A stretch of 64,000 nt of DNA from a virus: the IMG/VR virus record IMGVR_UViG_3300014913_000006. One strand, 5' to 3'. Position numbers and translations under genes: made by a program. The notes under the pieces are model-generated. The model saw only the letters and a program-made list of their open reading frames with translations. It did no database searches and was not told the DNA's origin. Shown piece by piece: positions 1-7,654 of the stretch; the first letter of the stretch is position 1, and every line of letters starts with the position of its first letter.

Positions 1-412
1 TCACCTCATCGGGTAGCCCAGTCAGATCGTACCTCTTCAGGAACTCTGTAGCCCAGACGGCACCCGTGCTCTTGAATGACCCTCTTGTGGCAATCCGATG
101 CTGCCCCTCATGACGATAAAGGATACCAAGCCACCCGTCGTATTTCTTGAAGATACGGAATCCATCATGCCAGGGAAGCGCCCACTCCTGGGTGTCTCTT
201 CGCTGGTTCATGTTGAAGAACTTAGGAAATGGCCGTGCCACTACCTTTCCTGTCTTGCGATCGAAGATGATCCCCCGGCTATTCAGCGTGAGATCATTCC
301 AAGTCTTACACCAGTTGGTGTAGCTGTAGATGCGCATATCGCCCAGATCGTCGCACCGAAGCAATCGCTCAGCTACAAGCTTGTTTCGATCTTCTATGAA
401 ATCATACTTCAT
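1..412 (-). CDS. T4 Rnl1-like RNA ligase, N-terminal part (runs off the window); not in the ORF track
   Basis: Manual translation from ATG 412 gives MKYDFIEDRNKL...SRGIIFDRKTGKVVARPFPKFFN...KKYDGWLGILY...IATRGSF. RG..F...RPF.KFFN, the KxDG motif I and TRGSF are typical of Rnl1. ATGA overlap with the upstream gene. Confidence 0.85.
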   Translation of the reverse strand, partial: MKYDFIEDRNKLVAERLLRCDDLGDMRIYSYTNWCKTWNDLTLNSRGIIFDRKTGKVVARPFPKFFNMNQRRDTQEWALPWHDGFRIFKKYDGWLGILYRHEGQHRIATRGSFKSTGAVWATEFLKRYDLTGLPDEV

Positions 413-1389
413 ACCGTCACCTCAACTGGGTGTGCGGCACTGGCTGTATCATTATAAGCAACACACACATCAAGACAGTTTTTTGCACAGATTGGATCAG
501 CACCGCTATCGTGCTCTAGAATCCAACGTAGCCGATCCGCTCTCATGTTCGGCCCAACCTCTCCGATTGGGTCTCCACCTTCGCGTAGGTGGATAATGCA
601 CGGGAAGTGCCACTTGCCAGCGACAGCCATGTCGTCCAGGGCCAGCCAACACTTGCGACAGTTCCCGTCACAAATACCACGTACATTCTGACCAGCGTTG
701 AGATTGCCAATCCGGTACTTCAGGATAGGATACTTGTCGAGAATCTCATTTGGCAAATCAGCAAGATTCGTCAGAGCCTTGTTGTACTGTGCTGCTGGGA
801 TGACGCGGATGTCAGAAACCCCTAGACTGTCTACGAACAGAACCGCCTCAACACACTGATCAACGTTGGCCTCCGTGAATACCATTCCAACCGTCACATA
901 AGTGATCTTGCTCAAAGTGCGAATCGATTCAACAGCTTTCGCCCATGCGCCCTTCACACCACCAGCCATGTCTGTGCCGACAGCGCAGCATCCACCGTCA
1001 AGGCTAATAGAAAAGTCGTTTACACCGGCCCCTACCAATGCCAAGTATGTCTCAAGTTTTGCTGTTCCGTTGGTAGAGATTGCAATGCGTTCAACCCCGC
1101 CTCCGCGGCATCGATCGACCAACTTGCCAAGCCCCTTGTATAGAGTAGGTTCTCCACCAGAGAACCGAACGTTCTTTAGCCCTTGGGCGATCCAGAGGTC
1201 AACTGTTTTGAGCGCCTGTTTGAACGGCATATCTCCACGAATCTCCGGTCTTACACCACGGCAATACGGGCACCGTAGGTTACAGCGATCAGTAAGGATC
1301 AACTCACATCGCTGCAACGGAGAGGTGTCGCTAGCGTTCATCGCACGCTTGTCAGATAGCGTATAGAATCCAATGTCTTCAAGCTTCAT
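409..1389 (-). CDS. Radical SAM protein (MoaA/PqqE-like)
   Basis: CNLRCPYC (CxxxCxxC), FSGGEP, ISTNG, ISLDG and C-terminal Cys. Start is ATG 1389 after an AGGAGG RBS; the ORF-track extension overlaps tRNA-Tyr. Confidence 0.9.
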   Translation of the reverse strand: MKLEDIGFYTLSDKRAMNASDTSPLQRCELILTDRCNLRCPYCRGVRPEIRGDMPFKQALKTVDLWIAQGLKNVRFSGGEPTLYKGLGKLVDRCRGGGVERIAISTNGTAKLETYLALVGAGVNDFSISLDGGCCAVGTDMAGGVKGAWAKAVESIRTLSKITYVTVGMVFTEANVDQCVEAVLFVDSLGVSDIRVIPAAQYNKALTNLADLPNEILDKYPILKYRIGNLNAGQNVRGICDGNCRKCWLALDDMAVAGKWHFPCIIHLREGGDPIGEVGPNMRADRLRWILEHDSGADPICAKNCLDVCVAYNDTASAAHPVEVTV

Positions 1390-1407
1390 GACAACCTCCT
1401 TCACTAC

Positions 1408-1491
1408 TGGGCTGGGCGGGACTCGAACCTGCACGCCCCCGAAGGGAACCGCGTTTACAGCGCGGCGGGCCACCAATTGCCCAACCTACCC
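1408..1491 (-). tRNA. tRNA-Tyr(GTA), long variable arm, no encoded CCA
   Basis: Anticodon arm CGCG-CTGTAAA-CGCG; T arm GCAGG-TTCGAGT-CCCGC. Confidence 0.9.
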
Positions 1492-1544
1492 TACTGCAAC
1501 TTCCTTTTTCTTCCGATCCTAGTTTACCCTGCCTATGTTTTCAA

Positions 1545-1628
1545 TGGCCTCGGCTGGATTCGAACCAGCACGCCCTTTCGGACACGGACATTTGAAATCC
1601 GCACGTCTACCATTTCCGTCACGAGGCC
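1545..1628 (-). tRNA. tRNA-Leu(CAA)
   Basis: Acceptor GGCCTCG/CGAGGCC+A; anticodon arm CGGAT-TTCAAAT-GTCCG; long variable arm; T loop TTCGAAT. Confidence 0.88.
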
Positions 1629-1630
1629 AA

Positions 1631-1703
1631 CGGGCTGGGAAGGATTCGAACCCTCAACTTTCGGCTTTGGAAACCGACGCTCTTCCAATTGAACTACCGA
1701 CCC
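1631..1703 (-). tRNA. tRNA-Trp(CCA)
   Basis: Anticodon arm TCGGT-TTCCAAA-GCCGA; G73 discriminator; T loop TTCGAAT. Confidence 0.9.
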
Positions 1704-1707
1704 ACAA

Positions 1708-1789
1708 TGCCCCAGGCAGGAGTCGAACCTGCAACCCTTTCGAGACTGGTTTCTAGGACCAGCGCGTCTGCCAGTTCCGCCACTGGGGC
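1708..1789 (-). tRNA. tRNA-Leu(TAG), atypical C33/A37
   Basis: Acceptor GCCCCAG/CTGGGGC+A; anticodon arm CTGGT-CCTAGAA-ACCAG; long variable arm. Confidence 0.85.
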
Positions 1790-1800
1790 TTTTGTCGAGA

Positions 1801-2355
1801 TTATGGTGTTCGTACAGTACCACCCCCGCCGTGTCGCAAAATAAATCCCGCAAGCTCGTCAGAGAGTCTTCGTAGCTCGTTTGCCGTAGTAGAAAACGAG
1901 GTTGTGTGTCGCTTAGATCGTAGGATGATCGTCACATCCGAATCTGACGACAACACGGTAATCTCTCCATTGCCAATAGACATAGTATGTCCGAACCGAA
2001 CAGTAGCCTGATCCATTCCAACAGCCAATGCCTCATGTAGCTCGGCAAACATCGCCGGGGAATCCAACATACGACAAAGGACAGGACCAACAACAGGGGA
2101 AGCCACAACGCCAGTCGATCGATCCCGAGACACAAGCAACACGAACATGTCGTTGATAGAATGGATGCTGAAAGTTGCACTCTTGGAATCAATGTGGCCT
2201 ATTTCTACCCCCTCTCCCGCAATTACGCTTTCTACATCCTGCGCAAGCGGTAAGAACCGGTCTACTGATTGTATGGCTGTTGGGCTAGCCAATACCACAA
2301 ACATCAAACTCAAACTGATCCAAGATGCCCCACTGCCAATCTTTTCTTTCGACAT
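1801..2355 (-). CDS. Hypothetical protein
   Basis: 184-aa ORF with RBS, located between tRNA genes. Confidence 0.55.
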   Translation of the reverse strand: MSKEKIGSGASWISLSLMFVVLASPTAIQSVDRFLPLAQDVESVIAGEGVEIGHIDSKSATFSIHSINDMFVLLVSRDRSTGVVASPVVGPVLCRMLDSPAMFAELHEALAVGMDQATVRFGHTMSIGNGEITVLSSDSDVTIILRSKRHTTSFSTTANELRRLSDELAGFILRHGGGGTVRTP

Positions 2356-2369
2356 TTCCTTACCCCTAA

Positions 2370-2452
2370 TACCCCTGGTAGGATTCGAACCTACAAGCCC
2401 TTTCGGACAGCGGAGCTTAAACCCGCCACGTCGCCAGTTGCGTCACAGGGGC
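2370..2452 (-). tRNA. tRNA-Leu(TAA)
   Basis: Acceptor GCCCCTG/CAGGGGT+A; anticodon arm GCGGG-TTTAAGC-TCCGC; T loop TTCGAAT. Confidence 0.88.
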
Positions 2453-2479
2453 TACAATCTCCCAAGCTGTTTTTCTAAC

Positions 2480-2553
2480 TTACTCGAAGGGACTCAAACC
2501 CCCGACTTCCTGGTCCCAGGCCAGGCGCTCCGGCCAGACTGAGCTATACACTG
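2480..2553 (-). pseudogene. Pseudo-tRNA-Pro(TGG)
   Basis: D arm TAGCTCAGTCTGGCCGGAGCG and anticodon arm CCTGG-CCTGGGA-CCAGG are intact, but the T loop is TTTGAGT and the 3' acceptor strand does not pair with CAGTGTA. Confidence 0.75.
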
Positions 2554-2582
2554 TTGCTTCGTTGTTCTGCTTAGTATATATC

Positions 2583-3221
2583 CTACGTAGAATGGCCTAT
2601 CACTTCAACTTCGATTCCACGCTTCCTTGCTTCACCGACTATATGCTTAGTACCCTTCGACTGGGATAGATCATCGTGGAAAGCAATAAGAAGGTGGGGC
2701 TTAGTATCTAGCATCTTGATGTTTCTTCTTATCCCTGCTGATTTCCCATACTTCCTCCATGCTGCCGGAAACTCAACCACCTCAAGGCCAAGGTCCAACG
2801 CCGTCTCCCGAGCTATCAAGTCAGCACCTTTACAGCCACCCTCGATGATTATGCTGTCAGATGGAAGATCGAACAATCGTTTGAAGATTGCTTGGCCATT
2901 ACTCCAATCCCGACCACCACAAACTAGCACCTTCATGGGTTTCTCCAAATACTCGACGATCACATCTCCATGACACGCCTTTGGCTTACAGAAACACCCC
3001 AGCCTCTTACCCCTCAACTCTTCCACTCGTGCGGCAAACTCCTGGTCAACCCGCAACCGCTTCAGGAAATACTCCCGGTACAACGCGATTGCCCGCTCAC
3101 GACCACCATCCCGCGTTACGCTATATGGGTTACCCCAATAGCCATCGTGGCCATGTCCCTCCCGACCGACGTACACATCGTATTCGTGTGTCCGAATGTT
3201 TACTACTGTGGTCTCAGCCAT
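2583..3221 (-). CDS. DUF4326 domain fused to a YspA/SLOG-like (DUF2493) domain
   Basis: N-term YDVYVGR...WGNPY...LRGKRLGCFCKPKACHGDV; C-term VLVCGGRDW...GADLIA...AGIRRNIKML...SKGTKH. Confidence 0.85.
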   Translation of the reverse strand: MAETTVVNIRTHEYDVYVGREGHGHDGYWGNPYSVTRDGGRERAIALYREYFLKRLRVDQEFAARVEELRGKRLGCFCKPKACHGDVIVEYLEKPMKVLVCGGRDWSNGQAIFKRLFDLPSDSIIIEGGCKGADLIARETALDLGLEVVEFPAAWRKYGKSAGIRRNIKMLDTKPHLLIAFHDDLSQSKGTKHIVGEARKRGIEVEVIGHST

Positions 3222-3367
3222 GTCTCAGCCTGTTCCTTAGCCTCATCCCACACTGGCTTAAACGCCTCAGCCGACCAATGGAACTCCCCGGTCTCTCGCC
3301 TCTCTTGGGTGACCATCACAGCCAGCATGTTCGAGATGACCTTCTTTGCGTCTGGCTTAACCTCCAT
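3203..3367 (-). CDS. Small hypothetical protein (MEVKPDAKKV...)
   Basis: GGGAG RBS plus ATG. In frame with the upstream ORF after its TAG, so the two may be one split gene. Confidence 0.5.
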   Translation of the reverse strand: MEVKPDAKKVISNMLAVMVTQERRETGEFHWSAEAFKPVWDEAKEQAETWLRPQ

Positions 3368-3409
3368 CGGGGCTCCCGACCGAGCCTTATACGCTGATGC
3401 TGATGCTTG

Positions 3410-3592
3410 CTATCCAGCAAGCTGAATCGCAACATGAGCCTCGGCTATATCATAATGCTGTGCCAATTCTGCTGCCCAGGCGGGTATCTCCCACATCCCT
3501 GTTTCGGAAAGCTGGATCAAGTTTCCACAAACCTGATCGGCCTCTTCTTCTGTCAACAGTTCCCGCTTGATGATCTTCTGCCCAGTCGTCAT
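3410..3592 (-). CDS. Small hypothetical protein, first gene after the attenuator
   Basis: GGAG RBS and ATG 3592. Confidence 0.6.
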   Translation of the reverse strand: MTTGQKIIKRELLTEEEADQVCGNLIQLSETGMWEIPAWAAELAQHYDIAEAHVAIQLAG

Positions 3593-3607
3593 GGTCCGAT
3601 ACTCCAC

Positions 3608-3724
3608 AAAAAAAAGCCTGCGATTTCTCGCAGGCTAAGGTCTCCATCAAAAAAACAGACAGACCCTAGCCCGCATCACCACCCAATGCGCGTGGATTGC
3701 GTGCGGCGACTAAATTGGCGGGCT
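3608..3724 (-). promoter_or_regulatory. Transcription attenuator (anti-antiterminator / antiterminator / intrinsic terminator)
   Basis: Segment 1 AGCCCGC (3718-3724) pairs with segment 2 GCGGGCT. Segment 2 GCGGGCTAGGGTCT (3661-3674) pairs with segment 3 AGACCTTAGCCTGC. Segments 3:4 form AGCCTGCGA-GAAA-TCGCAGGCT followed by a U tract. Confidence 0.8.
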
Positions 3725-3749
3725 TATACTGTCTATGTTTCATCTTCAT
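3666..3749 (-). CDS. Leader peptide MKMKHRQYKPANLVAARNPRALGGDAG (27 aa)
   Basis: Perfect AGGAGG (3757-3762) 7 nt before the ATG, directly downstream of a promoter. The stop codon lies inside attenuator segment 2. Confidence 0.75.
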   Translation of the reverse strand: MKMKHRQYKPANLVAARNPRALGGDAG

Positions 3750-3770
3750 CGTTCTTCCTCCTGCTATATC

Positions 3771-3799
3771 ATTATACCCCAAACTCCGGTGTTTGTTCC
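3771..3799 (-). promoter_or_regulatory. Class A phage promoter GGAAC-N18-TATAAT
   Basis: Same motif and exact 18-nt spacing found at 7 loci in the window. Confidence 0.75.
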
Positions 3800-3981
3800 A
3801 CAAAAAGTGAAAAAATCTGGTGCCGCCCCTTATGGGACGACACCGTTACTCCACCCACACATGGTGGGCAAGCTAGAGCAAAGCCAGCAACAACCACACA
3901 AGGCCGCCACCGACGCCAACGGCCACAATGTATCGCCACATAGCGACAACCCAAAAAATCGGCTTAAACCACCACGGAAAA

Positions 3982-4203
3982 TCAAACATCTGTCTCTCCA
4001 CCTTTCATGTGCTTGAACTTCTCCATCTGTCCAAGCCTTTTCTCAGCCTGCTTGCGAGTCGGATAGCATCCGAACTTGCGACCTGTCTTCTCGCTGTACA
4101 CACAGTAGGGCTTACTCTTCGGACCGTCCTTGCGAATCACAGCCGTCGCAGCCTCCATCGCACGTTCCGCTGCCCTCTTGACTTCTTTATCCCAGTCTGT
4201 CAT
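3982..4203 (-). CDS. Small basic hypothetical phage protein
   Basis: YCVYSEKTGRKFGCYPTRKQAEKRLGQMEKFKH; RBS present. Confidence 0.65.
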   Translation of the reverse strand: MTDWDKEVKRAAERAMEAATAVIRKDGPKSKPYCVYSEKTGRKFGCYPTRKQAEKRLGQMEKFKHMKGGETDV

Positions 4204-4355
4204 CCTGATCCTCGCCCCCCCCCACTCTCAATACAGCACGATCCAGCATGAAAATCACCTCGATGCCTAAAGCGTGCATACGGCGCCTCCTGGGTTTGGG
4301 GGTCTCACGACCCCAGCGAGACACGAAAAGGCAGCAGCGGCCACTACAGGCGTTT

Positions 4356-4831
4356 CTAGGCTACCTCTGGTCGTTCGTCACCAAATCCGTCAGCCGTATA
4401 ATACTCACGCTCTCTTGCTGTCTTCTTCGCGTGACAATTGGCGCAACGGACTACACATTTGTCGATTTCTTTCAGCACAGACGCCCACGGGTGGGTGGTT
4501 AGCATTGTTGTTATGCCTCTCGTCTTTACCCCCCCCGCACATGGTCAAATTCAAGCGTAGCTGGATGTTTTTCTTTGCAGTCAACTCACGGATGCGACTT
4601 CAAGTATTCCAGCATGAGTGGCCTATTGATAGCGGCGGTACGTTCGTAATTCGATCGAGACCTGCTGATAGCACGCCTCCGAATATCGGGTTGGTTGGCA
4701 TATCGTTTCTTCTCGTATGCTCTGTGACACAATTTGCACCACGAACAATAGCCATCCTTCCGACTTTTCCGTTTGCGAAATTCGGATACTGGCTTTTCTA
4801 CTCTACATTGTGAGCACGTCTTTAATCTCAC
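4356..4831 (-). pseudogene. HNH endonuclease pseudogene
   Basis: KTCSQC..CSWCKLC N-terminus; HP*VDC nonsense at 4586; FDHVRG followed by a frameshift at a G8 run (4529-4536); the other frame continues KEIDKCVVRCANCH. Confidence 0.8.
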
Positions 4832-5040
4832 GGCAAACTATCCATCGCTGCAACAAAGCCATCTTCGAACTTATCGGCGTTGTCGAAAAAAAGTTCCCAA
4901 CAGACTCCAAGGCCGTCCACACAAGCTGAGATATCCCACCCTTGAACATCGCTTGCAGCCCCCTCAAGGAGATTGCAACCACTACACATGACTAAACATG
5001 TAAGAAAAACCACCAAAGAAATCTTACTTCGCAACATCAT
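4828..5040 (-). CDS. Entericidin-like small lipoprotein
   Basis: Signal peptide plus lipobox SGC, then NLLEGAASDVQ, resembling the EcnA/B pattern CNT..G.G.D. Confidence 0.55.
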   Translation of the reverse strand: MMLRSKISLVVFLTCLVMCSGCNLLEGAASDVQGWDISACVDGLGVCWELFFDNADKFEDGFVAAMDSLP

Positions 5041-5428
5041 TCCACACACCTCCGAGTTCGTCCCACTTTGATATCGGAAATTACCTTCCGCTGTACTCCA
5101 AACATTACCGCGATCTCTTGTTGTGTTCTAGTCCCGAGTTTAAGCAATTGACGGATTACTGGTATGTCAAGGTTGGTCGACTTAGCGGCACCGCACTTTT
5201 CCCCATTATTGTCTGGCTGAAAGTGATTACCATGTCGCATTTTATCAGTCATATTGTTAGCATGGGTATCATATCTCAAGTTGATCAAACAATTATTGGC
5301 TTTGTCGCCGTCATTGTGACACACCTCAGTATTTTTGGGCTGATCTGGACGAGTCGTCTCACTCTACCATGTGTAGAAATCTGATACACGCTCTCAAAAC
5401 CATGGATATCTTTCCACTGTTCAAGCAT
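5037..5428 (-). pseudogene. NUMOD4-HNH homing endonuclease, internally deleted and frameshifted
   Basis: EQWKDIHGFESVYQISTHGRVR (NUMOD4) in one frame; VCHNDGDKANNCLINLRYDTHANN plus an HTH in another. Confidence 0.8.
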
Positions 5429-5678
5429 TGTCTCCCCATCCAGAACCACTACCCCTTTTTCCAACATTGGGGGGTTTCCGCATCGGCGGAAACCTACGAT
5501 AGATTTCCCCAGCCGGTACTTTGCGGAGTTCTTGCAACCAAGCATCTTCGGCTTCTGGTGTCCAGGCGTTTGGACTACCTATAGAGTCAAGCACCTCTTG
5601 GTTTGGCGGGTCTCTTTTGACCCGCTCCCGCTCCTGAACTCGCCGTTGTTTCTTTTTCTTCTTGCTGCTCTGGCCCAT
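5421..5678 (-). CDS. Hypothetical basic protein
   Basis: 85-aa ORF with RBS. Confidence 0.5.
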   Translation of the reverse strand: MGQSSKKKKKQRRVQERERVKRDPPNQEVLDSIGSPNAWTPEAEDAWLQELRKVPAGEIYRRFPPMRKPPNVGKRGSGSGWGDNA

Positions 5679-5924
5679 CGTTTATGTATCCTCGTTTCGG
5701 AGCATTTTCGCCAACATCTTTTGCCACATCGGCCCAATATCATTATGCGCACAACCCTTGATCCATCGTCCCATGACGAAAGCGGCATAGCATTGTGTGG
5801 CTACGCCCATCTCTTTTTGCAATGAGCACAGAATTTTGGATCAGCAGCATACGCAGTTAAAAACCGCTTTCTCTGTGTCTCATGCCCACGGCGAGCAGCG
5901 GCTCGCATCGCATCTTTACCAGTA

Positions 5925-5996
5925 AGCCCACTGTCAGACATGCACTGACCTCTCCTGTTTACAAGACAGGCGCATCGCTATCTATGCTTAGCGGGC
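5925..5996 (-). tRNA. tRNA-Thr(TGT), non-canonical D and T loops
   Basis: Acceptor GCCCGCT/AGTGGGC; anticodon arm CCTGT-CTTGTAA-ACAGG; T arm GTCAG-TGCATGT-CTGAC. Confidence 0.75.
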
Positions 5997-6002
5997 GCAA
6001 AT

Positions 6003-6242
6003 TCATTTCGTCACCTCTTGTACAACTTCCGCTAAGTCATCAAGACCCCTACGGGATACCACCACAACCTGTTTTTCTTTGTTGTCTGGGTGTGTGTAAT
6101 CATTTGCGATCAATAGGTTCTTGGCCCAACCAATCAAATTCTCTCGTTCGTTCCAGATACACCGTGGACATCGCCAGCCATTCATATGCCGATAGAGGCC
6201 AACGACCGCTCCACAACGATCACACTTTATTTTTTTTGACAT
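6003..6242 (-). CDS. Small Zn-ribbon hypothetical protein
   Basis: CDRC...CPRC. Confidence 0.6.
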   Translation of the reverse strand: MSKKIKCDRCGAVVGLYRHMNGWRCPRCIWNERENLIGWAKNLLIANDYTHPDNKEKQVVVVSRRGLDDLAEVVQEVTK

Positions 6243-6266
6243 CTTCTGGATTCATACCATCGTATC

Positions 6267-6566
6267 CTAAAAGCCCATCTGAACTTCATACTCTCTCCAT
6301 ACAGCCGCTCGAAATTCTTTCGAGAGTGGATGGACGGCGTAGGCCATCGCCTTCTTCCTACCCGTCGCACGGCAGAAGTTGTCGCCGGGATGACAAACTG
6401 CCAGTCCACGACCAACCATCTTTCCGTTCAGATTGACCGTAGCCAACGAACACCTACGATTTTCATCAACGCAGATACCTGTCAGACCCTCGATCTCGTC
6501 TGGCGCACAGAACTTGTGGTCAAACCGTACTTCAACTTCGTCGGAACCTAATGCTACTCTCAACAT
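6267..6566 (-). CDS. Hypothetical phage protein
   Basis: AGGAG RBS; G.AVCHPGDNFCRATGRKKA motif seen in phage hypothetical proteins. Confidence 0.65.
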   Translation of the reverse strand: MLRVALGSDEVEVRFDHKFCAPDEIEGLTGICVDENRRCSLATVNLNGKMVGRGLAVCHPGDNFCRATGRKKAMAYAVHPLSKEFRAAVWREYEVQMGF

Positions 6567-6598
6567 CTATTTTCTCCTTTTGTGTCGAACCTACTCAA

Positions 6599-6736
6599 TG
6601 GCGAGCGCTGGATTCGAACCAGCAGTCCTCTTCCTTCACCCCTTGGTCCCAGAAAATGGGGACGGTGGATTACAGGACGCCCCACCAAGCTTGCTCCAAC
6701 AATACACTCCCTAACAAGTAGTGCGTTAAACTCGCC
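6599..6736 (-). ncRNA. 138-nt tRNA-like RNA with acceptor stem and T arm, D and anticodon arms replaced by long hairpins
   Basis: GGCGAGT/GCTCGCC+A termini; GCTGG-TTCGAAT-CCAGC; starts 2 nt after tRNA-Glu. Confidence 0.7.
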
Positions 6737-6738
6737 AC

Positions 6739-6811
6739 TACCCCCAGCGAGATTCGAACTCGCGTCATCGGACTGAGAATCCGATATCCTCTGCCACTAG
6801 AAGATGGGGGC
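6739..6811 (-). tRNA. tRNA-Glu(CTC)
   Basis: Acceptor GCCCCCA/TGGGGGT+A; anticodon arm TCGGA-TTCTCAG-TCCGA; T loop TTCGAAT. Confidence 0.9.
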
Positions 6812-7015
6812 CTCATCGGGCCTCGCACCCGTTCGGCGGTCACTATTCCGGCGTTCACCGCTAACTACCGCGACATCGGTTTCGGCACAGTTTCTTGACC
6901 CGGAACAGCGTACAGTAGGTTGCCTTCGTTCGCATCTGACCCGGCAACGGCAGTGATGCTTACCCACCCGTAAGTGCTACTGTCCTCCGATTATCGCTGT
7001 CCACGACGGCCTCAT
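6812..7015 (-). ncRNA. Candidate ~200-nt structured RNA directly 5' of tRNA-Glu
   Basis: Nested helices GGACAGCG/CGCTGTTC, ACAGTAG/CTACTGT, CTTAC/GTAAG, GTTGCC/GGCAAC, GCGGT/ACCGC; no credible ORF. Confidence 0.5.
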
Positions 7016-7044
7016 GCTCTCTCTTGTGTCGCCAAGAGTTAGAT

Positions 7045-7233
7045 TCATGTCCGGGAACCAGTCCCGGCTACTCTCTTCTTTGCCGGATACTCGTTCATAT
7101 ATAACCTCTGTGCATTACAGCAGTCGTCACACCTACATACCCAATGTGATCGATAACCACCACGATTTTCTGATCGTTCAACAACGAGCAGTTTTCCGAA
7201 ACGAATATTAGTAAGATCGATAAAGCTAGACAT
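7045..7233 (-). pseudogene. Truncated homing endonuclease N-terminus
   Basis: IDLTNIRFGKLLVVER...HWVCRCD, the same N-terminal module as 48801 and 51407, followed by unrelated sequence. Confidence 0.7.
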
Positions 7234-7235
7234 TG

Positions 7236-7553
7236 TTACTCTGCGTCTCCTGCATTCCCTTCTCTTCGTCTCGACGGCAATACGCTCGGGTTGGGCGATG
7301 GAAATTTCGGCTGGCCCGTTGGAGGCGGCGATATCGGCGGTAGCTCAAACGGCTCTGGCCGATCCGCATCAAGCTCTAGGTCTTCCGGTAATCGCTTCGG
7401 AAGTATGGTGACTGGCGGTGATTGGATTCGTTCGATCTCGTTGAGTAGAAACTGCACCACACCACACAACTCGCTGACCAACACCTTCGGGTGCTTGGTT
7501 GCTGTAGACCGACTAATGTCGGCAACTTTCGCTTTTGCTTGTTCGAGATTCAT
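7236..7553 (-). CDS. Hypothetical protein with Pro-rich C-terminus
   Basis: RBS plus ATG 7553, downstream of a class A promoter. Confidence 0.6.
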   Translation of the reverse strand: MNLEQAKAKVADISRSTATKHPKVLVSELCGVVQFLLNEIERIQSPPVTILPKRLPEDLELDADRPEPFELPPISPPPTGQPKFPSPNPSVLPSRRREGNAGDAE

Positions 7554-7598
7554 CTCTTTTTCTCCAAGGCCCAAAACTGAACTTATCTGCTACATACC

Positions 7599-7627
7599 AT
7601 TATACATGCAACTCAGGAGATTGTTCC
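7599..7627 (-). promoter_or_regulatory. Class A promoter GGAAC-N18-TATAAT
   Basis: GGAAC AATCTCCTGAGTTGCATG TATAAT. Confidence 0.75.
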
Positions 7628-7654
7628 CGAAAAAACAGAAAATCATATTTTATT

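Noticed and set aside
1545-1628. Opal suppressor / Sec tRNA (TCA)
   Set aside because: The anticodon stem pairs only with loop TTCAAAT (CAA), and the body is Leu-type.
1708-1789. Amber suppressor (CTA)
   Set aside because: The CTGGT/ACCAG stem places TAG at positions 34-36.
3203-4831. Stop-codon reassignment suggested by the in-frame TAG at 3410 and TGA at 4586
   Set aside because: Long core genes are open in code 11, and TAG/TGA end genes right before RBS or ATGA overlaps. The HNH gene also has a frameshift.
6599-6736. tmRNA or intron-containing tRNA-Tyr
   Set aside because: There is no G3:U70 pair and no tag ORF; removing a putative intron does not restore a proper anticodon stem.
6915-6950. 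SRP RNA domain IV (GGTCAGATGCGAACGAAGGCAAC on the minus strand)
   Set aside because: The resemblance is superficial; the CAGG/AGCA symmetric loop and GNRA-capped stem do not form.
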